NCBI GenBank assembly: GCA_041665265.1
Contig: JBAYJE010000004.1
Span: forward strand, 507 to 64,506
Reading direction: 5' to 3'
Source: Minisyncoccota bacterium
GTDB taxonomy: Bacteria > Patescibacteriota > Minisyncoccia > UBA6257 > GWB1-50-10
Length of the DNA: 64,000 nt
Part shown: positions 46,430-57,335 of the stretch, in pieces
How the letters are laid out: each line of letters starts with the position of its first letter
Position numbering within the stretch: the first letter of the stretch is position 1
Program-made: the position numbers and the translations under genes
The notes under the pieces: model-generated
What the model was told of the DNA's origin: nothing
The model's database searches: none
Seen by the model: the letters and a program-made list of their open reading frames with translations, nothing else

Positions 46430-46459
46430 AAAAAACCCCCGAAGGGGTTTTTTTGATTC
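46430..46459 (-). terminator. rho-independent terminator downstream of the surface-protein gene
   Basis: AAAAAACCCC-CGAA-GGGGTTTTTTT perfect hairpin with flanking A/T runs (bidirectional). Confidence 0.7.
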
Positions 46460-46495
46460 AGTTGTATGCTACTGAAAAACCAAGTAAGAAGACTA

Positions 46496-49400
46496 TTAAG
46501 TCTTTGCAGTTACTGTTGAAAGTGAAGGAGTGCCATCAACATAAAGATTGATGATAGTATCCGACAAATCATTATCAGTTACAGGATTACCTGAGAATCC
46601 GAGATCAGCTTCATCCACACTGTAGAGGACGTTGCCGAGCGCAGATACTGCGAGACCAAACGTGTCGTTGTTTAACGCCGTTCCAGTCGTCTTCACGGTG
46701 AAATATCTCCATGAACCACCATCAATCTTACGATTTGCTGAAGTCACAAGAGTGAGATCAAAAGGAATCGTAGATGATGCTCCAGTTGCAGTAGATGTTG
46801 CAATGTATGTTACTGATGCATCGCTCTGCGTACCACCCATGATGGATGAGTAGAGACCGAAGCTTACAGAATTTGTTGCAGATCCACCGTTTGCAAGGCT
46901 CAACGTTGAGCTTGAGAGGTAAATCGGAGCAGAACCATTGTTGGTAATCTTAAAGATTCCAACAGTTTGTCCAGCCGACAAACCAATCGTTGCTGCTGAA
47001 GTAGGAGAAACTGCGGAGATTGAGACGCTTGCTGGCGTTACGTATGTCGCGCCGCTTGCTGCCGCAGAACCCGTCTTTGTACCTGCCGTTGAAGCAGTGA
47101 CTGCACCCTTGATTGCGATATCACCAGTTGTTGAAGCAATCTGGAATTTAAAGCTATCGCCAAGCTGTGCTGATCCACCTGCCGCTACGTTTGCCTTTAC
47201 GTAAATTGTTACGCCAGTTGTAGGAACAGCTGCGGACAATAAGTTATCACTTGAAGTGAAAGTAACCTGACACTTGCTTGCGTCGCACGTATCAAACTGA
47301 GGTGCGGTTGCAAACGGTGTCGTAGCAGCTCCTTCATAAAGTGCGATGTTATTGAGCGTAGTTGTTGCAACGCTGTTTGCGGCTGTGGTCGTCGCAGTAA
47401 TCTTCAAAGAAGTGACCTTCTGAGCTTCATACTGTGAGGTTAACTTGAATGCGAAAAGTGTCGCACCCGAAGTTCCTACCTGCATCACTTGGTTCTGGGA
47501 AGGTGAAGCAGTTGATCCAGAAACCACGGACAAGATAAGGTTACCCGCTGCCACATGTGCCATGGCCTGTCCACCACCTGCATAGGTAATGTCAGTACCA
47601 TTTGTCAACGAATTTCCAGTTACTGAACCAACTGCCGTTAATGCGGAAGTTGATGAAGCAATTGAGAATGTGTGTGAACCGGTTCCTGAAACTGCATCCG
47701 CTTTAAGACGAAGAGTGACCGGAGTCGCTTTCGTTACCAAAATTGGAGTTGAGAAGTTAAAGGTTACAGTTGCCGCATTCGTTGCTGTTGAACCACTGGT
47801 TACAAGCGGTGATGTGTCGCTATCCTTATACATTGAAAGATTTGCAACTTCACCTACTGCACCACCAGAATGTGTTACCACAATCTTTGAGACCTTCACA
47901 TCCTCTCCACCCGACTGGGCATTGAGTTGGAAGTCTGCATACTCATAGCCATTCGTACCCGCAACCACAGAATTTGCTACCGGAGTAGAAAGTGTAGTTA
48001 CCGCGAGTGCCGCTGCTTTGACTGCAATTGAGAGACCAGAAACAACGCCTGTACCTGGATCAACGAGATCGTTTGTGACGAGTCTCTTTGCCTGGATAAG
48101 GTCGAAGTTAGTAACAGTATAGCTGCTTGCTGCTACTGCTGAAGAATTAATTGAGCCTTCGATTGTGATTGCTGAATCCACACCCGCAGTTAAGACTGTG
48201 TATGAGGAAAGAGTAAACGTTGAAGCACTAGCATAACTAATATTCGTAGCTGCAGTGCTGTATACGATTGCGCCATTAATCTTCACATAGATTGTGCCTG
48301 TAAGTGCAGTGGAGCCTGAGCTACTTGCAACATAGAAGCTTACCTGACGAAGTTCGAAGTTCTCTCCAGTTGGCTTTGCATTAAATTTCGCAAGCACCAC
48401 GTTAGTAGTACCAGGAGTTACTGCAGAGCTTGGTGAGTCAGATGCTCTCGTCAAGGTCATTGAGCCAGAACCAATGGTCTGAATGTTGAATCCATTACCA
48501 ATTGGGAAGGCTGTGTCATTTGAACCAACTCCAGGAATAACGGAGACGTTTGTTGCTGCGCCATAGAGATCAATATCATAGTTGTTATACACTACGAAGT
48601 TGATTGTCTTTGTCGTGCCATTTACGATCTTCGCTTTTACTGTGAAATCTTTTGTCTGACCCTTATCAATAAAGTAAGGAGACGCAAGATTGAACGTGAC
48701 GTTCTTATCGCTTACGAGGCCGGTTGAAAGAATCGTGCCATCTTGTGCAATAAGTTGTACATCGCTCAAATCACTTGCCGCTGCGTTACCGTAGTTGTAC
48801 AAAGCCAACTTGCGGAGGTAGACGCCCTCGTTTGAGGAAGTTTCCTGCACGCGGAATTTGGTGATTTCTTGTGAGTTCGCTGGGTCAACATTTAAAGTTG
48901 AAGAACCAGTGCTCGTCAACACGTCTAAGGTGATTGTCGAGAGTGATGAACCACCATTTACAATGCTCATAGCAGTTCCATAAATAGGAAATGCTCCTGA
49001 GATTGAAGTGGTGTCAGCAGTAATAGACGCAATGTCATTAATGCTGAAACTGACGGTACCTGAGTAGTCACCAGTTACAAGGTTAAACCGGACCGTAAGG
49101 GTCTCAGAAGAACCTGCGGCAACCATCACAGGATCAGATGACATAGTTACAATGATGCTGTTGTCAGCATTCACTGAAGTCACCACATTTCCATGACGTA
49201 CGCCTTTTGAATCAACGATATCAACACCATTCAAGTTCGTATTCGCAACGAATCCGCTCTTCATGATTTTGATTGCGCTAATTTTTACTGCCTTTGAGCC
49301 TGCAGTAAATGCTACTTTCATAGCAGGGTTAAATGCAGTTCCCGAACCGATTGTCCTTGCAGAAGGATTATCAGAAGCGAGAGAGACAACGAGGTCGGTT

Positions 49401-49882
49401 CCTGAAGGAACTGTTACAACCGGAGTTGTGCCAGTGCCAGGAGTGACTGTGCCGCTCATGCTATTCATCTTTGCACGGCTGATTGCTCCAAAATAACCAA
49501 CTGCAGGGGAAATCCCTTCTGCAGCCTGCCACGCGCTGAGCGCAGCTTTAGTCATAGGACCAAATGTCGTGGTCGGAGCTGAGAGTTTCAAGAATCCTTT
49601 GCTAATCAAAACGCCCTGGAGTGCTTTTACATCTGCGCCAGTTGAGCCAAGAGTGAGGTTCTTAGCAAAATTGTATGCAGAGGTTGATGCGCTCTGTTGG
49701 CCGAGTTGAGCTTGCAAAGTTTGGATCTGCGCTAAAAGCGCAGCGATTTGTGCCTGTAAATCCACCGATTGGGCGAATACAGGTCCAGAAAGTGTTGCAA
49801 TCGTTGCGATCGCAATACTAACTGTTGCAATTTTTTGTGTTAATTTACTCATTTTATACTTTCTTTTCGACTTTGCATTCAT
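46496..49882 (-). CDS. large secreted cell-surface (S-layer-like) protein with N-terminal peptidoglycan-binding domain
   Basis: 1128 aa; signal peptide ...LSGPVFA|QS; coiled-coil Q/A/L stretch; PG_binding_1-like LTLGSTGADVKALQGVLISKGF...GPMTKAALSAWQAAEGI; remainder is T/S/A/G/V-rich beta-type repeats. Confidence 0.6.
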   Translation of the reverse strand: MNAKSKRKYKMSKLTQKIATVSIAIATIATLSGPVFAQSVDLQAQIAALLAQIQTLQAQLGQQSASTSAYNFAKNLTLGSTGADVKALQGVLISKGFLKLSAPTTTFGPMTKAALSAWQAAEGISPAVGYFGAISRAKMNSMSGTVTPGTGTTPVVTVPSGTDLVVSLASDNPSARTIGSGTAFNPAMKVAFTAGSKAVKISAIKIMKSGFVANTNLNGVDIVDSKGVRHGNVVTSVNADNSIIVTMSSDPVMVAAGSSETLTVRFNLVTGDYSGTVSFSINDIASITADTTSISGAFPIYGTAMSIVNGGSSLSTITLDVLTSTGSSTLNVDPANSQEITKFRVQETSSNEGVYLRKLALYNYGNAAASDLSDVQLIAQDGTILSTGLVSDKNVTFNLASPYFIDKGQTKDFTVKAKIVNGTTKTINFVVYNNYDIDLYGAATNVSVIPGVGSNDTAFPIGNGFNIQTIGSGSMTLTRASDSPSSAVTPGTTNVVLAKFNAKPTGENFELRQVSFYVASSSGSTALTGTIYVKINGAIVYSTAATNISYASASTFTLSSYTVLTAGVDSAITIEGSINSSAVAASSYTVTNFDLIQAKRLVTNDLVDPGTGVVSGLSIAVKAAALAVTTLSTPVANSVVAGTNGYEYADFQLNAQSGGEDVKVSKIVVTHSGGAVGEVANLSMYKDSDTSPLVTSGSTATNAATVTFNFSTPILVTKATPVTLRLKADAVSGTGSHTFSIASSTSALTAVGSVTGNSLTNGTDITYAGGGQAMAHVAAGNLILSVVSGSTASPSQNQVMQVGTSGATLFAFKLTSQYEAQKVTSLKITATTTAANSVATTTLNNIALYEGAATTPFATAPQFDTCDASKCQVTFTSSDNLLSAAVPTTGVTIYVKANVAAGGSAQLGDSFKFQIASTTGDIAIKGAVTASTAGTKTGSAAASGATYVTPASVSISAVSPTSAATIGLSAGQTVGIFKITNNGSAPIYLSSSTLSLANGGSATNSVSFGLYSSIMGGTQSDASVTYIATSTATGASSTIPFDLTLVTSANRKIDGGSWRYFTVKTTGTALNNDTFGLAVSALGNVLYSVDEADLGFSGNPVTDNDLSDTIINLYVDGTPSLSTVTAKT

Positions 49883-50320
49883 AAGATACGAATGCAGAAT
49901 TTCGACTTAATTTTTAGTTCATTTTTCCATCTTCGACCTTTCTTTATTCAGGAACACTGCGATCTCCCGTTTCCGACCTTCCGCCATAGTGAGGATGAGG
50001 AGGAAGAAACAAGGGGAGCAATGTGTTTAATATTGATGTTAAATTTTTAGGACTCCCTAAAAATGAAAAACTCGCTCTTAGAGCGAGGTGGAATACAGCG
50101 GAGAACAACCGCATGGTTGTTTCCTAAATACCTCTGGCACTAGCCAGAAGGTTGCTGTAAAGCCTAGCCTCACACTAAGCCCTGTCTACCGACAGGAAGG
50201 TCTATCTTACGATAGTACCCGATTACTGTATAGATATTCTCTTGGAAAAGCAACAAATGCCGATTTTCCTGCATTTATTACCTCTACATATATAACGAGG
50301 AGAAAATAAGCCTGTTACTA
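49883..50320 (-). promoter_or_regulatory. long (438-nt) structured upstream region/leader of the surface-protein gene
   Basis: Non-coding, multiple stable hairpins (CTCGCTCT-TA-AGAGCGAG; GAGAACAACC-GCAT-GGTTGTTTC; CCTGTC-TACC-GACAGG). Confidence 0.4.
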
Positions 50321-51064
50321 CTAGATTCCCCAGGGGGAGGCAGCAAAAATGAGTGCAGTACCAAAGAGGAGAATAACACTACTTCTTAAGGCAAAAGAGA
50401 GATTAAAGGAGCCTTCAAAGTGAGCTTTTATTGCATCTCGTAGGAGGACGAGGAAGAGACATAAAAATAGTGCTGCGTTTATAAACCCAAGTGGTAAAAA
50501 TCGAACAAGAAATGCGAGTTCAAGTGAGAGAAATGAGGCAACGATGCTCCCTAAAAATACCCTCCCCTGCCAAGGAATCTGCGCAAAAAGAAAGAATTCA
50601 CGCAAAAGGAGGAAGACACCTATTGCAGTAAAAAAGAGGAGAGTCCACGAAAGTGGGAAAATGAAAAAATGAAGGAAAAATCCAAAAAGAAGAACCGTAT
50701 TTACCACCCCATATACTGCAACGCGGTCATGAAAGAAAAAACGGAGAAGCCCCAAGAGAACAGAAAGGAGTGTGGTAAATACTATTACTATGAGGATAGG
50801 AACATAAAATGAAATATCGTTTTGAACCGCAAACCGAATTCCTAAAATACTTAACAACGCGAGAAGCCAAGATGAAGCAACAAAAGACTCGCGTTCGTGC
50901 GATTCGGAGAAATAAATAAAGGAAAAACCAACCAAAAAGAAAATGATAGACCACCACGAAGAATTCTCCACCCAAAGAAAGACGAGGAGTGCGACGACAA
51001 GGGCTATTTTAACGACTGATTTCCACTCGATCTCCCTTAAGAGAGATAGCAATTTTTTGGCCAT
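50321..51064 (-). CDS. hypothetical polytopic membrane protein
   Basis: 247 aa, ~7 TM; annotated start overlaps the clpB 3' end by 56 nt, so the true start may be downstream or non-ATG. Confidence 0.35.
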   Translation of the reverse strand: MAKKLLSLLREIEWKSVVKIALVVALLVFLWVENSSWWSIIFFLVGFSFIYFSESHERESFVASSWLLALLSILGIRFAVQNDISFYVPILIVIVFTTLLSVLLGLLRFFFHDRVAVYGVVNTVLLFGFFLHFFIFPLSWTLLFFTAIGVFLLLREFFLFAQIPWQGRVFLGSIVASFLSLELAFLVRFLPLGFINAALFLCLFLVLLRDAIKAHFEGSFNLSFALRSSVILLFGTALIFAASPWGI

Positions 51065-53699
51065 CTTTTACTTCGCCGCGAATTATCTTATCGGCAAGCG
51101 CGTCCACAATGACCTTTTGAATAAGACGTCGAATAGGACGTGCGCCATAATCCGGATCAAATCCTTTTTCCGCAATATATTTTTTAATCTGTGGCTTCAC
51201 CATAATCTGGATATTGCGCTGCTTTAGTCTCTCTTCAAGTTTCTTTAATTGAATCTCTACGATTTTTTCAATCGCCTGTGCATTCAACGTATTAAAGATA
51301 ACTATCTCATCTAAGCGGTTTAAAAATTCAGGTCTAAATGTTTCACGAAGTGCTTCATTTACTCCTTCCTTAAACTTCTCTTCTTTTGCGGCAATACTCT
51401 TTTTTTCCTCTCCCATACCGAACCCGAGATGAGACATTTCCTTAAAGTAGGTGCTTCCCACATTCGAAGTAAGAATAATTATTGTATTCTTGAAATTAAT
51501 TGTCTTCCCTTTTCCATCAGTCAGTCGTCCATTATCAAGCACCTGGAGGAGAATATTAAATACCTCAGGGTGTGCTTTTTCTATCTCATCGAACAAGATG
51601 AGGCTGTAAGGCCTATGACGCACAATCTGTGTAAGTTGTCCTCCCTCATCGTGACCTACATACCCAGGAGGCGAACCAATAAGACGCGCAACCGCATGTC
51701 GCTCCATATACTCGGACATATCAATGCGAATAAGCGCCTTTTCGTCATTAAACATGAGCTCCGCAAGTGCCTTTGCAAGCTCAGTCTTTCCTACGCCTGT
51801 GGGACCAAGGAACATAAAAGAACCCGAAGGACGATCATCCTCAGCAAGACCTGCGCGTGAGCGACGAAGCGCACGAGACACCCCCTCAATTGCCTCACGT
51901 TGTCCTACTACCCTATTTTCAAGATCCTCCTCAAGACGAGAGAGTTTCTTCATTTCAGGTTCCAACATACGCGACACGGGAATCCCCGTCCATCGTGCGA
52001 CCACGCCCGCAATATCCTCTTCATCAACTGTTTCTTTAATAAAACGAAGTTCTACTTTCTTTTTATCTTCTTTAGTTTTCTCTTTTTTCGTCTTTCCCTC
52101 TTTTCCTATTTTCTGATTTAAATATCGCTTTTCAAATGCCTGATACTCTTTTTCTGCAGAAGGAAGTTCTCCGTAGAGAATCTTAGCCACGCGCTCAAAA
52201 TTACCTTCGCGTTCTGCGACTTCCGCCTCGTGGCGCAAGTCATCAATTTTCTTCCTTAAATTGTGAAACTTCTCAAACGTAACTTTCTCATTGTGCCACT
52301 GTCCTGAGAGCGTGGTATTTTCCCCCTTCAATTTTGAAATTGCCATATCAACCTCCTTAAGGCGTGTACCGTTCTTTTTATTATTTTTCTCTTGTACCAG
52401 CGCAGAGCGCTCAATCTCAAGACGGGTAAGTTCGCGACGTACTTTATCAAGTTCGTTAGGAATACTTTCTGATTCTAACCTTCTTGCGGCAGCTGCCTCA
52501 TCAATAAGATCGACTGCTTTATCTGGTAAAAATCGGTCGGTAATATAACGCGCTGAGAGATTTACTGCTGATACGATTGCCTCATCGGAAATCTTAAGCC
52601 CATGATGCATCTCATATTTTTCCTTTAATCCGCGCAAAATAGAAATTGAATCTTCAATCGTCGGTTCATCAACAAGAATAGGCTGAAACCTGCGCTCAAG
52701 CGCCGCATCTTTCTCAATATGTTTCTGATACTCCTTAAGGGTAGTGGCACCAATCGCGTGAAGTTCGCCACGCGCAAGTGCGGGCTTCAATAAATTAGAA
52801 GCATCGATTGCGCCTTCTGCGGCACCTGCCCCCACAATCATATGAATCTCATCAATAAATAAAAGAAGCTTCCCTTCAGAACGCTGGATCTCCTTTAAGA
52901 ATGCTTTGAGGCGATCTTCAAATTCTCCACGAAACTTCGTGCCTGCAATAAGTGAACCTAAATCAAGCATAATTACCTCTCTTCCTTTCAAGGGTTCTGG
53001 GATATCGCCTGAGACGATGCGCTGTGCGAGACCTTCCACAATAGCGGTCTTTCCTACGCCAGGCTCGCCAATAAGGATGGGATTGTTCTTGGTACGTCGC
53101 GAGAGAATCTGCATAAGACGACGCAATTCCTCTTCTCTTCCAATCACTGGATCAAGTTTTCCCTGTCGTGCTTTCTCGGTAATATTAATCGCATATTTTT
53201 CGAGCACCTGAAATTTTGATTCTGGTGTCTCGTCTGTTACTCGTGAAGTACCACGCAAATCAACAAGCGCCTTCAAAAGCACATCTCTGCGAGCACCTGC
53301 CTGAGTAAGTAATTCTTGTGCCATTGAGGGCGCGTCAGCAAGCCCAAGAAGAAGATGTTCGCAAGAAATAAAATCATCTTTTTGCTTTGTTGCAAACTCT
53401 CCTGCTTTATCCAAAATCTTCATAAGTTCTTGAGAGAGATAAAGCTGATTATTCGTCCCACCCGTTCCCGCAAACACGCGCGGAAGGCGTGCAAGCGTGG
53501 TACCTACTTGTTCAGCAAGCGTTGCTACATTTACATTCGCACGAATAAGCATGGGGCGCACAAGTGTTTGCTCGTCTTCAATAAGCGCCGAAAGGAGATG
53601 AAGTCCCTTGAGTTCTCCGTGATTTTGACGCGCTACAAGTTCCTGTGCTCCCTGAAGTGCTTCCTGTGCTTTAATAGTAAATCGATTAAAATTTGGCAT
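51009..53699 (-). CDS. clpB: chaperone ClpB (AAA+ disaggregase)
   Basis: 896 aa; Clp N-domain; two Walker A motifs GEPGVGKT / GPTGVGKT; long coiled-coil middle domain between the AAA modules. Confidence 0.9.
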   Translation of the reverse strand: MPNFNRFTIKAQEALQGAQELVARQNHGELKGLHLLSALIEDEQTLVRPMLIRANVNVATLAEQVGTTLARLPRVFAGTGGTNNQLYLSQELMKILDKAGEFATKQKDDFISCEHLLLGLADAPSMAQELLTQAGARRDVLLKALVDLRGTSRVTDETPESKFQVLEKYAINITEKARQGKLDPVIGREEELRRLMQILSRRTKNNPILIGEPGVGKTAIVEGLAQRIVSGDIPEPLKGREVIMLDLGSLIAGTKFRGEFEDRLKAFLKEIQRSEGKLLLFIDEIHMIVGAGAAEGAIDASNLLKPALARGELHAIGATTLKEYQKHIEKDAALERRFQPILVDEPTIEDSISILRGLKEKYEMHHGLKISDEAIVSAVNLSARYITDRFLPDKAVDLIDEAAAARRLESESIPNELDKVRRELTRLEIERSALVQEKNNKKNGTRLKEVDMAISKLKGENTTLSGQWHNEKVTFEKFHNLRKKIDDLRHEAEVAEREGNFERVAKILYGELPSAEKEYQAFEKRYLNQKIGKEGKTKKEKTKEDKKKVELRFIKETVDEEDIAGVVARWTGIPVSRMLEPEMKKLSRLEEDLENRVVGQREAIEGVSRALRRSRAGLAEDDRPSGSFMFLGPTGVGKTELAKALAELMFNDEKALIRIDMSEYMERHAVARLIGSPPGYVGHDEGGQLTQIVRHRPYSLILFDEIEKAHPEVFNILLQVLDNGRLTDGKGKTINFKNTIIILTSNVGSTYFKEMSHLGFGMGEEKKSIAAKEEKFKEGVNEALRETFRPEFLNRLDEIVIFNTLNAQAIEKIVEIQLKKLEERLKQRNIQIMVKPQIKKYIAEKGFDPDYGARPIRRLIQKVIVDALADKIIRGEVKDGQKIAISLKGDRVEISR

Positions 53700-53816
53700 A
53701 AGGTTTAAAAATTCCTTACGATTATTATACCAGGCCTTCGCAAATTGGCAAACTCAACACTCGAGTGCTAATACGTCATCTCACGCCTAACAACCCGCCG
53801 AAGCGGGTTGTTACAG

Positions 53817-55085
53817 TTACAACTCAGGACGCTCTTCAAGAGTTACCTCAAGAGAGAGTGTTTTATCTCCTCGTTTTATTTCAAGAGTCACTTTATCGCC
53901 GATACCAAACTTCTGAATAATCTGTCCAAGCGTATTCTCTACGGTTATCTTCTCTCCGTTTATTTTTGTAATAATATCTTCTGCCTGAACTCCCGCTTTT
54001 GCGGCCGGAGAATCAAGAATGACGCCAGGGCCTTCATCGGTCCCGCGCACAAGAGCACCCTCAGACGCCACTAGCTTCTGTTTCTTCGCAACATCTTCAG
54101 TTACCAAAGAATAACGAACGCCAAGATAAGGGACCTTAATACTCCCCGTTTCCTTTACCGACTTGATTGCCTTCTTTGCTTGATTAATAGGAATTGCAAA
54201 ACCAATACTCTGTGCATCTGATGCGATTGCAGTATTCACTCCAATCACTTCTCCACGAAGATTTAAAAGTGGTCCACCAGAATTCCCAGGATTAATTGCG
54301 GCATCGGTTTGAATCACGCCCTGAATTGTCTCCGTGCCAAAGCCAGCACCTGATGCAGTAACGGTGCGCGCAAGCCCAGAAATAACACCTACAGAAACAG
54401 TATTTCTAAATTCTCCAAGCGAATTTCCAATTGCAATTGCGGTCTGTCCCAACTTCACCGAATCAGAATCACCAAGAATCGCGGGGGTGAGTTTTGATGC
54501 CTCAATTTTAAGGATTGCAATATCGTTTACTGGACTTCGTGCAAGTACCTTTGCATTGTATTTCTTTCCGTCATTCGTAAATACGGTATATTCCGCTTTT
54601 GTATCAACCACTACATGTTTGTTGGTAAAGATAAGCCCATCTTCTGAGACTACGAATCCACTCCCCCCTCCTATTTCTTTTTTAGTAGTCCCTTTTTCAC
54701 ATGGCTGTGAGAATTGAAATCCTCTTCCAAAAAACTGCTGGAACTCTGGAGGAAGGTTTCCGAAAGGATCTGTGGTCTGACACTCCTCAATAAGAGGAAC
54801 ATCTTTCGAAATAACAATAGAAACCACCGAAGGTGCTGCTTTATCCACGCCCGCAATTACTGCCTCTTCATAATCAAATGCAGGTTTATATAATGGAGTT
54901 ACTTTTGAAACCTCTGACACTGTCGAAGTGGTAATCCGAGGAGAGGAGGAAGGAGTAAGTGTTTGCTTCAAAAAGTCTTTGAGTGTATCAAAGAAACTCG
55001 CATGTGCCACACGATATCCCACTCCTAACGATGCTACCACTGCGATTACTAAACCAAAGAAAACTATTTTTTTATATGTAGTCAT
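53817..55085 (-). CDS. HtrA/DegP-family serine protease with PDZ domain
   Basis: Trypsin-like motifs GGGSGFVV..TNKHVV and GNSGGPLLN; C-terminal PDZ; N-terminal TM/signal. Confidence 0.8.
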   Translation of the reverse strand: MTTYKKIVFFGLVIAVVASLGVGYRVAHASFFDTLKDFLKQTLTPSSSPRITTSTVSEVSKVTPLYKPAFDYEEAVIAGVDKAAPSVVSIVISKDVPLIEECQTTDPFGNLPPEFQQFFGRGFQFSQPCEKGTTKKEIGGGSGFVVSEDGLIFTNKHVVVDTKAEYTVFTNDGKKYNAKVLARSPVNDIAILKIEASKLTPAILGDSDSVKLGQTAIAIGNSLGEFRNTVSVGVISGLARTVTASGAGFGTETIQGVIQTDAAINPGNSGGPLLNLRGEVIGVNTAIASDAQSIGFAIPINQAKKAIKSVKETGSIKVPYLGVRYSLVTEDVAKKQKLVASEGALVRGTDEGPGVILDSPAAKAGVQAEDIITKINGEKITVENTLGQIIQKFGIGDKVTLEIKRGDKTLSLEVTLEERPEL

Positions 55086-55161
55086 AGTGTTGATAATTCT
55101 CTTTTATGCTGTGTTTCAACAACTTACTTTATTTCATCAAACGAGGAATGAAACAAGACTT

Positions 55162-55935
55162 TTATCTTATTTCGTACTGAAGAGTTACATTCACGGTCGT
55201 TTCCTGAGAGCCTGGCTCAATTGAAGGTGCTGAGGACATTTCTGCATCTCCCCCCATGCCTTTTGTTGCATAGTTATACATCATAGGACGAGGATAATTT
55301 CCACTTTCCGAAATACCAAGCAATCGTCCAAGTGAAAATCCTCCTGCTTTCGCAATTGATTGTGCCTTTACTTTTGCTTTTTGTATTGCTTCCGCACGAG
55401 CTACATCTTGTGCTGCAGTTTGATCATCTATTGTGAATTGAAAATCAGACACAGTATTTGCGCCATTATTTACTACTCCTGCAAGAATATCGCCTACCTT
55501 TGCGAAATCACGTACTTTTACTAATACCGTCTGAGTAATCTCATACCCCACTATCTGAGGAGGAGGACACGCGCCACCATCCTTTGGACAACTAAAATAC
55601 TGGTAGCGTGGCTGTAAATTATAATTTTGCGTTTTAATATCTTTATCCTGTACCCCATTCTCTTTTACAAACGAAATTGCTTTATTCATCTTGTTTGAAT
55701 TTTCCTTTTGAATATTCGCAAGATTTTTATCACCTTGTGTTAATACACTAAAAGTAAACGCCGCAATATCAGGAATAGAAATTGATTTTCCTTCTGCGTT
55801 CACCGAGAAACTACGAAACGAACTTGGTTGAATCGACTCTGAATATGAGGAAGCAAAACGCCATGCGGAACTTCCTAATAAAAGAACTGACACTCCTACC
55901 GCCGCCCAAAAATATTTTTTTATATTATCGTTCAT
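55162..55935 (-). CDS. SIMPL-domain (DUF541) secreted protein
   Basis: Signal/TM then ...GYEITQTVLVKVRDFAKVGDIL... pattern typical of the SIMPL / 26-kDa periplasmic immunogenic protein family. Confidence 0.5.
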   Translation of the reverse strand: MNDNIKKYFWAAVGVSVLLLGSSAWRFASSYSESIQPSSFRSFSVNAEGKSISIPDIAAFTFSVLTQGDKNLANIQKENSNKMNKAISFVKENGVQDKDIKTQNYNLQPRYQYFSCPKDGGACPPPQIVGYEITQTVLVKVRDFAKVGDILAGVVNNGANTVSDFQFTIDDQTAAQDVARAEAIQKAKVKAQSIAKAGGFSLGRLLGISESGNYPRPMMYNYATKGMGGDAEMSSAPSIEPGSQETTVNVTLQYEIR

Positions 55936-55967
55936 ACCTTTAATGATATAGAGCGCGCATCATCCTT

Positions 55968-57170
55968 TCAACCCTGTCTTCGGGATATCTTCCCCATTCT
56001 TCTTATTACCTCACTTATTTCCTCTTGTGTGGTTATCCTTCCTAAGCTAAATCGAATACCCCTCGCACCCCCTTTAAAAAGAGCCGAGAGTACGTGTGAA
56101 TGTGTTGGGGCACGAGATGCGCACGCAGAACCCGTAGAGACCGCGATACCTGCTATATCAAATCGCGCGAGCAACTCATCTGAAGGAAATTCGTTAAATG
56201 CCACGTTTAAAATGTGCGGTGCGGCATCTTTAAAATCACTCTCTCCACTTCCATTCACCATCGCTTCAGGAAATAAATTATTAATACCTTTCCACAAAAG
56301 ACGTTTTAATCCAAGCGCGCGTACAAATTCTTTTTTGCGTCGTGCAGTGGCAAGTGTAATTGCCTCCGCAAACCCCACAATGCCCGCCACATTCTCCGTG
56401 CCTGAACGCATGCCAAACTCTTGCCCACCACCTGTAATAAGTGGAGCAACACAACCTATTTTATCTTTTTGATTTTTAACGAATAAAACTCCTACTCCTT
56501 TTGGTCCATATAATTTATGAGCTGAAAGCGTCATGAGATCTACCCCTAATGTAGTTACGTCACAAGAGAAATATTGGAATGCCTGCACGGCATCAGTGTG
56601 AAATAAGGGATAAGGATAGGAAGAATTCTTCTCCCTTCGGGAGACGTCCCGTAGGGACGCAATTACTGATGCAATTTCTCTAATCGGTTGAATACTTCCC
56701 ACTTCATTATTTACATACATTACCGACACAAGAACTGTGTTCGTATTAATTGCTTCGTATAATTTCTTTATGTCAATGACGCCTCTCGTATCAACAGGAA
56801 TTATTATGCACTCTACCCCTTCTCGCTCAAGATCTTTTGCGGTCTCAAGCACCGACTCATGTTCAATCGCAGATATCACAATGCGCGGCTTCACCGAGGG
56901 AAATTCTCCGCAAAACTTTTTTACCGCGCCACGCAAAGCAAGGTTGTTCGCCTCCGTTGCTGAACCAGTAAAAAGAAGTTCGCGAAAACCTGCGCCAAGT
57001 ATTGTTGCGATTTGTGCCCTCGCCTTATCAACCGCCCCCATCGCCTCCTGCCCAAAAGAATGAAGTGAGCTTGGATTGCCAAAGCTCTCTGCGGCATAAT
57101 GTGCCATCGCTTTTGCCACTTTTAGGTCCATTGGTGCGGTTGCTGCATAATCGAGATAAATAGGCTTCAT
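55968..57170 (-). CDS. cysteine desulfurase (IscS/NifS-type, class V aminotransferase)
   Basis: N-terminal IYLDYAATAP; PLP-Lys SAHKLYGPKG; active-site Cys in VSTGSACAS. Confidence 0.8.
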   Translation of the reverse strand: MKPIYLDYAATAPMDLKVAKAMAHYAAESFGNPSSLHSFGQEAMGAVDKARAQIATILGAGFRELLFTGSATEANNLALRGAVKKFCGEFPSVKPRIVISAIEHESVLETAKDLEREGVECIIIPVDTRGVIDIKKLYEAINTNTVLVSVMYVNNEVGSIQPIREIASVIASLRDVSRREKNSSYPYPLFHTDAVQAFQYFSCDVTTLGVDLMTLSAHKLYGPKGVGVLFVKNQKDKIGCVAPLITGGGQEFGMRSGTENVAGIVGFAEAITLATARRKKEFVRALGLKRLLWKGINNLFPEAMVNGSGESDFKDAAPHILNVAFNEFPSDELLARFDIAGIAVSTGSACASRAPTHSHVLSALFKGGARGIRFSLGRITTQEEISEVIRRMGKISRRQG

Positions 57171-57335
57171 ATATGCAGTAGTATACGATGTTTCATCTGA
57201 TGCTGCATCACCCTGTAGAGGGTCACTGTCGAGTGCTTATTCCCCCTCACCTTTCGACATATTGACAATAATGCTATTTCGTGATATTTTAATGCTAGTT
57301 CACTGATTTAATCACATTTACGTCTGGAGGCTTTT

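Noticed and set aside
46632-49496. Several 70-120-aa ORFs antisense to the S-layer gene (for example 46938..47204 and 47589..47948)
   Set aside because: They are shadow ORFs created by the Ala/Thr/Val-rich repetitive coding strand.
49883-50320. Possible RNase P RNA, SRP RNA, tmRNA or cobalamin riboswitch in the long intergenic region
   Set aside because: I searched by eye for the P4 GGAAAGUCCGG, the SRP GGAAGCAGCC-type motif, tmRNA tRNA-like ends and the B12 box GCCACUG. None is present convincingly. Kept only as a generic structured leader.
50321-51064. 56-nt overlap between the membrane-protein ORF start and the clpB 3' end
   Set aside because: Probably a start-codon call issue (alternative or non-ATG start) rather than a real biological overlap; noted in the feature evidence only.
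51429-53708. Plus-strand ORFs inside clpB (51429..51860, 51724..52116, 52906..53211, 53355..53708)
   Set aside because: They lie entirely antisense to a highly confident ClpB reading frame.
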